DNA from: Deltaproteobacteria bacterium
Lineage (GTDB): Bacteria; Desulfobacterota; Syntrophia; Syntrophales; UBA2210
Assembly: GCA_019313385.1 (NCBI GenBank)
Contig: JAFDBG010000003.1
Span: 1-51,306 of the forward strand
Direction of reading: 5' to 3'
Length of the DNA: 51,306 nt
Numbering within the stretch: position 1 is the first letter of the stretch; each line of letters starts with the position of its first letter. This document shows positions 44,683 through 51,306 of this stretch, one piece after another. Under the pieces are notes generated by a model. The model had not been told where the DNA came from, made no database searches, and worked only from the letters and a program-made list of their open reading frames with translations. The translations under genes and the position numbers were made by a program.

Positions 44683-45674
44683 TATTCGTAGGCCCAGGGT
44701 TTCGAAGGATTTCTCGCTGCATATACGGTTGCAAGTGATGTGGAATCTTGTCTTTTCTGTTGTTGTTCGTCATATTTCTTCTCTTCTTCAATCAGGGGGA
44801 ACCTGTCACCAAACTGCTCCCGCCAGATCTCTGATGCTTTTTCAGCGCTTATATGATTGACTGCTTCAGAACTATCAGACGCCAGATCCGATATAGCATC
44901 CTGAAAACGCTCCTTCTGTAGTTCCGATAAACGGGATGTCAGCTCTTCCGTATTGTCGGTAGGGTTAAACACACAAAAGATGGGATTGACAGCTACGGAT
45001 ATTGCGGCAGCCGTATCAGCCAGAGCCCTGTCATCTCTCTCATGAGGACAGAAATTCTTTGTTGCCAACACAGTTAAAATCAAGCCGTTAGGCATTTTGC
45101 CCCGCTTTTTAGATTGGTGGTCATTCCATGCCTTCAAATACCGCACTATTCGCCGGAGCTGCTCACCATACGTTTGCACATAACCATTAAACCACTCTGT
45201 CAATGCTTTGGAGTCACTGGGATGCCAACCGTTATCACCCTTTTCTCCTAGCATGAACTTACCGTTCAGCCTCGCATACGATGGCAGGTCCACATGATAT
45301 TGCCCTGCATAGCGCACGCGAACACAGGTGCGTTTGTCAATAGGCTTCTCATTTGTGTGGCCGTCGGTTGCTTCCACCAGCCAGCGATGAACGGTCTCGG
45401 GAGTTGGCCAGTCGCTGTTGACAGTCTCATCAAGATGCTGAAGATATACCCCATCATCAATGTCGAATTCTCCGTCCAACGGATTGACCATAGTAATCAT
45501 TGCGAAGGAACCCTGCCCATGAAACTTGGGCACTTTAGCTCCAAGCTTCTCCCGGAAGTGTTTTCGTATGCGTTCCCGGATTGCATCCCTAGATTTTCTG
45601 AGAGAGTCTTTCTTGCCGGGAGATAAAGCGATTTTTTCATGGTACGTTCCAAATTCCTTGTGAAGATCAGCCAT
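44682..45674 (-). CDS. cGAS/DncV-like nucleotidyltransferase (CD-NTase, CBASS cyclase)
   Basis: QGSFAM..T..P..GEFDIDDGVY, YHVDLP.Y, QLRRIVRYLKAW, P.GLILTVL, W..QFGDRFP, C-terminal PSKPWA; start at the ATG at 45674 after AAGGAGG (330 aa). Confidence 0.9.
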   Translation of the reverse strand: MADLHKEFGTYHEKIALSPGKKDSLRKSRDAIRERIRKHFREKLGAKVPKFHGQGSFAMITMVNPLDGEFDIDDGVYLQHLDETVNSDWPTPETVHRWLVEATDGHTNEKPIDKRTCVRVRYAGQYHVDLPSYARLNGKFMLGEKGDNGWHPSDSKALTEWFNGYVQTYGEQLRRIVRYLKAWNDHQSKKRGKMPNGLILTVLATKNFCPHERDDRALADTAAAISVAVNPIFCVFNPTDNTEELTSRLSELQKERFQDAISDLASDSSEAVNHISAEKASEIWREQFGDRFPLIEEEKKYDEQQQKRQDSTSLATVYAARNPSKPWAYE

Positions 45675-45676
45675 GT

Positions 45677-46189
45677 TTATTGTCCTCCTTTTGTTTGTTG
45701 TAGTTTGACTGGGGATATGGAAGTCGTTTTTGCCTCTGGACATGTCCAAGTAAGGATCAAAAGCGATACAGTCACCACGGCCAACCATACACACAGCGTA
45801 CAGAAATGGTCCCCCCACCTGGTGCTTGTTTTATTGTATTCGGCAGGCAGGAGTGTAGTTTCCTTCAGATAGACTCCAGGGTCGTACATGCCCAAAGCTC
45901 GCTCGCTCCTGATGATAGCTTCACGATTTTTTTGGAATCCCTTTCGAAGACCCATTATGAAAACAAACGTACCGACAAAAAGTGCGGCGATAAGAAGCGT
46001 AAGGGCTATGCGCTGGGTAAGCGGGAATTCCTCCCGGCAAATCAACAGCCAGGCGAGACCGATAGCCATTCCTGAAAGCCACAATGTAAATTTTGTGCTC
46101 CGCTCCCTCATTTTATGTGAGGCGTTGTATCGTTCCTGCAGTTCGACGAGCAGGACCTGTACCTTATGGTCATCATTCAGTGAAATCAT
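45677..46189 (-). CDS. Three-transmembrane protein, putative CBASS membrane effector
   Basis: Hydrophobic segments at about aa 34-51, 61-81 and 129-150; ends 2 nt before the CD-NTase start. Confidence 0.65.
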   Translation of the reverse strand: MISLNDDHKVQVLLVELQERYNASHKMRERSTKFTLWLSGMAIGLAWLLICREEFPLTQRIALTLLIAALFVGTFVFIMGLRKGFQKNREAIIRSERALGMYDPGVYLKETTLLPAEYNKTSTRWGDHFCTLCVWLAVVTVSLLILTWTCPEAKTTSISPVKLQQTKGGQ

Positions 46190-46199
46190 AGTATTCCTT

Positions 46200-46472
46200 C
46201 TATTTATAGCCCTTCCGTTTCATTGCCGTATTAACTGAACGGTTACCGATCTTAACATTGGCGACACTCCGTCCGTACTTGTCACGCGCGACTGTATCGA
46301 TAACGACCTCTTCTCCCTGAATGAGATTACGAAGGGACTGGGTGGCGGCTGTTCCTCCCGGTGATCCTTTTTCCGGCGCATTCACATTTGCCAGACGCAC
46401 GGAATTCTTTCGGGAATCAGTGATGAACGTATCCCCATCGATTACTCTTGTTACCATTTCTTTTCTTGTCAC
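46200..46472 (-). CDS. Miniature thermonuclease (SNase/OB-fold) protein, 90 aa
   Basis: VTRVIDGDT, VRLANVNAPE and DKYGR motifs; GTG start at 46472 follows GGGAGG; no signal peptide. Confidence 0.8.
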   Translation of the reverse strand: MTRKEMVTRVIDGDTFITDSRKNSVRLANVNAPEKGSPGGTAATQSLRNLIQGEEVVIDTVARDKYGRSVANVKIGNRSVNTAMKRKGYK

Positions 46473-46512
46473 AATGAGCCTCCCTAAAGTTTTATTGCAA
46501 GATACGATATAC

Positions 46513-46580
46513 CGCATACAATAAATACACTTCTCTGTCAAGCATTTTATGTTGCAGTATTGAATATACCGTGCTACAAA
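46513..46580. promoter_or_regulatory. Divergent promoter region between the CBASS-like operon and the type I R-M operon
   Basis: Minus strand TTGACA (46536-46541)-17-TATGCG; plus strand TTGCAG (46552-46557)-17-TACAAA with an extended TG. Confidence 0.45.
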
Positions 46581-46589
46581 GTTTTCGTT

Positions 46590-47174
46590 ATGAGGCTTCG
46601 AGATATAGCGAATGTACAAAGCGGGTATCTGAGTCGGGGTAAAATAGAAGTTGCCGCGGGCGGGTCGCATTACCTTCTGCAGGCAAAAGATGTGGATGCG
46701 GACCGACTGACATACCGGAGGGACACAGTCGTCAGATTCAATCCGGAGTTGTCCCGCAAAGATTGGATCCTGCAAAAAGAGGATATCGTTTTCATGGCAC
46801 GTGGAGCGCGAAATTTTGCCGTGCTGCTGGGAGATATTCCCGAATCATTATTGGCGGCGGCGTGTTTCTTTATCATCCGTGTATCGAACGAGAAGACTCT
46901 GCCAAATTACCTGTGGTGGTATCTCACCCAATCGCCCGTCGAGGATTACTTACACCGTGAGAGCGGCAGAGGAGTTCACATGCCGGTTGTCCGGCGTGCC
47001 GTCTTGGAGAACATGGAAATACCCGTACCACCATTAGAGACCCAGCAGAAAATAGTTGCGCTGGATACGCTCATGCGCACAGAACAGAGATTGCTTACTA
47101 TGATGGCTGCGAAACGAAAAGAATTAGCGAACGCCGTGTGCCTGAAAGCGGCATTAACAATTCGAAAACAGTAA
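46590..47174 (+). CDS. Single-TRD (half-size) type I restriction specificity subunit-like protein
   Basis: MRLRDIA.V.SG, L.KEDIVF.ARG, P.YL.WYL, IPVPPLETQQKIV plus a coiled coil; 194 aa. Confidence 0.8.
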   Translation: MRLRDIANVQSGYLSRGKIEVAAGGSHYLLQAKDVDADRLTYRRDTVVRFNPELSRKDWILQKEDIVFMARGARNFAVLLGDIPESLLAAACFFIIRVSNEKTLPNYLWWYLTQSPVEDYLHRESGRGVHMPVVRRAVLENMEIPVPPLETQQKIVALDTLMRTEQRLLTMMAAKRKELANAVCLKAALTIRKQ

Positions 47175-47184
47175 AGGTGGCTCT

Positions 47185-48708
47185 ATGACTGATAATCAGA
47201 AACGTACAGAGATCTTCAATATGGTTTGGCGAGCATGCGACACGTTCCGTGGTGTTATCGATCCCGCTCAGTACAAGGATTACATCCTCACCATGTTGTT
47301 TGTAAAATATCTCAGCGATATTCGCAAATCACAGGTGGCAGAACTCAAGAAAAAGTACAAGGGTAATACATCACGGATCGAACGGGCCCTGTCTTATGAG
47401 CGTTTCATCATCGATGAAGACTGCACGTTCGACAATCTCTATGCACACCGAAGTGATAACGATATCGGGCAAACGATAAACACAGTCCTTGAAAAGATCG
47501 AAGATGCCAACAAGGCCAAGCTGCATAATGTCTTCCGCAACATCGATTTCAACAGTGAGGCAAATCTCGGCCAGACCCGTCAGCGAAACTCTCGTCTCAA
47601 GACCCTTCTCGAAGACTTCTCGGAACTGAACCTGACCCCCGAGCACGTGGGTGCCATGGACATTATCGGCGATGTGTACGAGTACCTCATTGCGCGCTTT
47701 GCCGCAACGGCGGGAAAGAAGGCCGGAGAATTCTACACGCCGGCAGAAGTCTCGGAAACACTGGCGAGGCTGGTGGCTTCCAAACCGGGAGACCGGATCA
47801 GTGATCCTACGTGCGGTTCCGGTTCTCTCCTGATCCGGGCGGCAAAGCAAACCGGATCGGAAAACAACTTCTCACTGTTCGGGCAGGAAATGAATGGCAG
47901 CACCTGGGCACTCTGCAAAATGAATATGTTCCTTCACAGTATGGACTCGTCCAGAATCGAGTGGGAAGATACGATCCGCCACCCGCAACTGGTTGAAAAT
48001 GATGCCCTGATGAAATTCGACGTGGTCGTGGCCAATCCCCCGTTCAGTCTCGACAAGTGGGGGCAGGAAATCGCCGCGAGTGATCGTTATGCCAGATTCC
48101 AGCGGGGCATTCCGCCGAAAAGCAAGGGAGACTGGGCCTTTATTCTCCACATGCTTGCAACCGCTGTTGAAGGTAAAGGACGGGTTGGCATCGTTGTTCC
48201 CCATGGCGTGCTCTTCCGGGGAGGACAGGAAGGGAAAATCCGAGAAGCGGTAATCAGGGAGAATTTGCTCGATGCCGTGGTCGGCCTCCCTGCCAATCTG
48301 TTTTACGGAACCGGAATACCCGCCGCTCTGATGATCTTCGACAAATCGCGGGAATCGAATGGAAAGGGCGAGGTTCTCTTTATCGATGCCAGTCGCGAAT
48401 ACGAGCAAGACAAGAATCAAAACAAGCTGAGAATTGAGGATATCGAAAAGATTGTCGAAACTTTTCGTCAACGAAAAGCAGTTGATAAATACTCCTATCC
48501 GGCGCCATTTGCAGAAATAGAAGAAAATGAGTTCAACCTGAATATTCCCCGGTATGTGGATACCTTCGAGCCGGAGCCGGAGATTGATATTGCCGCTGTT
48601 CAGCAAGAGATAGAGGAGATTGAAAAACAAATAGACATTACGGTAAAGGAACTAAACAAACACTTAGCTGACCTCAACATCAGATCATCGACTGCGGAGA
48701 TCGAATAA
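47185..48708 (+). CDS. hsdM: Type I R-M N6-adenine methyltransferase subunit M
   Basis: W.ACD.FRG, GEFYTP, DPTCGSGSLL, ANPPF, PHGVLFRG, FNLNIPRYV. Confidence 0.96.
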   Translation: MTDNQKRTEIFNMVWRACDTFRGVIDPAQYKDYILTMLFVKYLSDIRKSQVAELKKKYKGNTSRIERALSYERFIIDEDCTFDNLYAHRSDNDIGQTINTVLEKIEDANKAKLHNVFRNIDFNSEANLGQTRQRNSRLKTLLEDFSELNLTPEHVGAMDIIGDVYEYLIARFAATAGKKAGEFYTPAEVSETLARLVASKPGDRISDPTCGSGSLLIRAAKQTGSENNFSLFGQEMNGSTWALCKMNMFLHSMDSSRIEWEDTIRHPQLVENDALMKFDVVVANPPFSLDKWGQEIAASDRYARFQRGIPPKSKGDWAFILHMLATAVEGKGRVGIVVPHGVLFRGGQEGKIREAVIRENLLDAVVGLPANLFYGTGIPAALMIFDKSRESNGKGEVLFIDASREYEQDKNQNKLRIEDIEKIVETFRQRKAVDKYSYPAPFAEIEENEFNLNIPRYVDTFEPEPEIDIAAVQQEIEEIEKQIDITVKELNKHLADLNIRSSTAEIE

Positions 48709-49979
48709 TGATTAATCATGCGTGGATACGGTTGCTGAAAAATCGTTTTCCATCAATTCCTCAGGAATGGAAGATTGGCCCATTAGGTACATTTTTATAT
48801 GAGCGTAAAGAATATACCGCAGACTTGGACCAATATTCTCTTCATAGTTTCACTATAGAGGATGGAGTAACACCAAAGACAGAGAGATATAATCGAGACT
48901 TCCTTTTGAGAGACAAGGAAAATAACCAATTTAGAATTGTCTACCCTGGAGACCTTGTCTACAATCCAATGAACCTCCGATTTGGTGCTATATCCATTTG
49001 CCGAACAAAGGACCCCGTCACCATTTCAGCATATTACCATGTTCTGCGTTTAAAAGAGTCATCTTGTTGTCCTATTTTTCTTGAAGCCCTTCTTCGCAGT
49101 CCTCAAATATTGTCTCTTTTTGATGCCATAGCTATCGGCTCTCTTATCGAAAAGCGGCGTGTACATCTTTCTCTATTTCGTGCAACACCTATTCCTATAC
49201 CCTCTCTCCTCGAACAGAAAAAAATTGCCGATATTCTCTCCACCTGGGATGAGGCCATCGAGCAGACACGAAGACTCATTGGCTTAAAGAAGCGTCGCAA
49301 AAAGGCACTCATGCAGCAACTGCTCACGGGGAAGAAACGGTTGCCGGAATTTGTTAAATCATCCCGTTGCATTCCATATAGATTCTTCGATTTACCTGAA
49401 GATTGGCAGTGTCCACAGATAGGCAAAATGGCACATGAATGCATAGAAAGAAACGGAAATGGGGAAAAGATGACCGTACTATCCTGCTCAAAGCACGTGG
49501 GATTTGTCGAATCCGCACAATACTTCGGGAAGCAGGTATTCAGTGAAGATACATCCAACTATAAGGTTATCAGAAGAAGCTGGTTTGGATATCCATCAAA
49601 CCACATCGAGGAGGGCTCGATTGGTCTGCTAACAACCCACGATATGGGAATTGTCAGTCCGATCTATACAATATTTCAGACCAATGCGAAAATATATCCT
49701 GAATTCCTATACGCACTGTTTAAAACAGACACCTATCGTCATATTTTCAAGATGAGCACGAATGCCTCTGTTGATCGGAGAGGAAGTTTGCGATGGCGTG
49801 AATTTTCCCGTATCCAGGTACCGCTGCCGTCTCTGAAAGAACAACACCGCATTGCTGATGTCCTTTCCGCTGCCGATGATGGGATCAAAATTCTTGAACA
49901 GAAACTTTCCGCCCTTGAAAAACAGAAACGGGGCCTTATGCAAAAGTTGCTCACAGGAGAGATACGGGTAAACGGTTGA
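48708..49979 (+). CDS. hsdS: Type I R-M specificity subunit S (two TRDs)
   Basis: Two conserved repeats, PIPSLLEQKKIADIL..LMQQLLTG and PLPSLKEQHRIADVL..LMQKLLTG; TAATG overlap with hsdM. Confidence 0.93.
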   Translation: MINHAWIRLLKNRFPSIPQEWKIGPLGTFLYERKEYTADLDQYSLHSFTIEDGVTPKTERYNRDFLLRDKENNQFRIVYPGDLVYNPMNLRFGAISICRTKDPVTISAYYHVLRLKESSCCPIFLEALLRSPQILSLFDAIAIGSLIEKRRVHLSLFRATPIPIPSLLEQKKIADILSTWDEAIEQTRRLIGLKKRRKKALMQQLLTGKKRLPEFVKSSRCIPYRFFDLPEDWQCPQIGKMAHECIERNGNGEKMTVLSCSKHVGFVESAQYFGKQVFSEDTSNYKVIRRSWFGYPSNHIEEGSIGLLTTHDMGIVSPIYTIFQTNAKIYPEFLYALFKTDTYRHIFKMSTNASVDRRGSLRWREFSRIQVPLPSLKEQHRIADVLSAADDGIKILEQKLSALEKQKRGLMQKLLTGEIRVNG

Positions 49980-49989
49980 GGTTATTATT

Positions 49990-50709
49990 ATGGAATCAAT
50001 AATCAATATCTATTGTGATGAAAGTTGCCACCTGCCGAATGACGGGCAGAAATCCATGGTTTTGGGTGCATTATGGTGTTTCAAAAAAAAGGCACATGCG
50101 CACAACCAGGCTATTGCCAAACTCAAAGCCAAACACCATCTGTCTCCTTTCTTTGAAATAAAATGGACGAAGGTATCTGCCGGAAAGTTGAACTTTTATA
50201 GGGAACTTATAGATTACTTTTCCGATAAACCGGCGTTAGGATTCAGGGCATGGGTAATCTCCGACAAATCCGTGCTGAACCACCCGGAATTTAAGCAGAC
50301 TCATGACGATTGGTATTACAAGATGTACTTTTACCTTTTGCGAAATCTCATCTCGCGGGGCCGGGAACATCATATTTATCTTGATATCAAGGATACTCGA
50401 AGCAGGAAAAAACTGTCAAAACTTCATGATGTGCTGAGCAATGCTAATTACGACTTTGCTAAAGAAATCATAACAAAGATTCAGCACGTGCACTCACACG
50501 ATATTGGCCTTATGCAGTTGGCCGACCTTCTGATCGGTGCTGTCTCATATCACGAAAGAGGGTTAACAGGTAACGCTGCGAAAGAAAATATCGTTCGACT
50601 CATTAAACAAAGAACAGGTCTAAGTTTGAAAAAGAACACGTTACCCAGTGAAAAAAAGTTTAATCTTTGTATCTGGCATCCGAACAGTGGAGGTTTTGAA
50701 AATGCTTGA
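49990..50709 (+). CDS. DUF3800 domain protein
   Basis: N-terminal IYCDES, central EIKW, C-terminal MQLADLL signature. Confidence 0.85.
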   Translation: MESIINIYCDESCHLPNDGQKSMVLGALWCFKKKAHAHNQAIAKLKAKHHLSPFFEIKWTKVSAGKLNFYRELIDYFSDKPALGFRAWVISDKSVLNHPEFKQTHDDWYYKMYFYLLRNLISRGREHHIYLDIKDTRSRKKLSKLHDVLSNANYDFAKEIITKIQHVHSHDIGLMQLADLLIGAVSYHERGLTGNAAKENIVRLIKQRTGLSLKKNTLPSEKKFNLCIWHPNSGGFENA

Positions 50710-51226
50710 ATGGTTGCCGGAGAAGGTCTGCGTAAATCCATGGACAGCCGAAACATATAATGTCCTGTACGGTATCTTTTGTCGTGATATTCGGGATGCC
50801 GATATTTATTATCGTGGCTATTCGGTGTGGATCTTCCGCGAAATAGATGACGGAAGAGAAAAAATCTTTTGGCATCTTACAACTCGTGAGGTCAAACCCA
50901 CTCCAATTCCACGACGAAAACGAAGGTTTTATCCAAAAGACCAGACGCATATCAAAGGAGATCGTTATCCTGATTTTCGCAGATGCGAACGGCTTCCATG
51001 GGTGAAACCATTGATAGAAAGCCCGGGGGAGTCTGAGATAGTAGACTGGGACTATGAAGAGGGGGATCAAACGATAAGGACATATGTTTGGCTTAAGGAG
51101 CATGATTTTGTTGTAATCATGAAAAAGTATCCGGACAATAAACGGCGGCTGATTACTTCATTCTATGTGGATCAATCTTATAAACGGAAGGATTTTGAAA
51201 AGAACTATGAACAACGCATCAAATAG
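50702..51226 (+). CDS. Hypothetical protein partnered with DUF3800 (possible BECR/RelE-like nuclease)
   Basis: 174 aa from the ATG at 50702, overlapping the DUF3800 stop; WLP, FWHL, RYPD.RRCERL.W, DFVVIM, LITSFYV. Confidence 0.6.
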   Translation: MLEWLPEKVCVNPWTAETYNVLYGIFCRDIRDADIYYRGYSVWIFREIDDGREKIFWHLTTREVKPTPIPRRKRRFYPKDQTHIKGDRYPDFRRCERLPWVKPLIESPGESEIVDWDYEEGDQTIRTYVWLKEHDFVVIMKKYPDNKRRLITSFYVDQSYKRKDFEKNYEQRIK

Positions 51227-51296
51227 AAAAGGTTCGCTCAGACGGCGAACCCATCTCCTTTAGCTCTTCCATCCTAATGGAATGGCCAATGAGTAG
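51227..51296 (+). ncRNA. Candidate structured RNA downstream of the DUF3800 gene pair
   Basis: Hairpin ggttcgc/gcgaacc (51231-51251); hairpin ttccat/atggaa (51267-51282) enclosed by gctc/gagt; no U-tract. Confidence 0.35.
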
Positions 51297-51306
51297 AAAT
51301 ACTTTA

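Noticed and set aside
45675-45818. N-terminal extension of the CD-NTase in the 378-aa ORF call
   Set aside because: It overlaps the 3-TM gene; the AAGGAGG RBS supports the ATG at 45674.
46473-46775. N-terminal extension of the thermonuclease in the 191-aa ORF call
   Set aside because: It overlaps the divergent half-HsdS gene and the promoter region; the RBS supports the GTG at 46472.
1-51306. CRISPR array, rRNA, IS element or prophage
   Set aside because: No regularly spaced repeats, rRNA-like sequence, transposase or phage structural genes were recognised.

Overview
About 42 kb of core housekeeping genome followed by a ~7.4 kb defence island. The organism is probably a Desulfobacterota/Syntrophales-like deltaproteobacterium, inferred from protein style and gene order. 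Most of the core is on the minus strand: the tRNA-Thr/Tyr/Gly/Thr-rpmG-tRNA-Trp-secE-nusG-rplKAJL-rpoBC-rpsLG-tuf-S10-spc-alpha superoperon, which lacks fusA, adk and a tuf copy beside the tRNAs. Around it lie folC-lptD, rplM-rpsI-argC-cysS, greA, radC, a GAF/HD-GYP phosphodiesterase, hisH-hisF, and an SCP2 + atypical M24 hydrolase pair with a structured leader. The island (43948 to the end) has two divergent arms. The minus arm is a tightly coupled four-gene CBASS-like operon: a 90-aa truncated thermonuclease, a 3-TM protein with no recognisable sensor domain, a CD-NTase with a PxKPWA-YE tail, and an E2 + SEC-C protein, with no E1 or JAB gene. The plus arm is a type I R-M locus (half-HsdS, HsdM, HsdS), followed by a DUF3800 gene, an overlapping partner gene and a structured non-coding element at the window edge. 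All calls come from reading motifs; no database searches were run.
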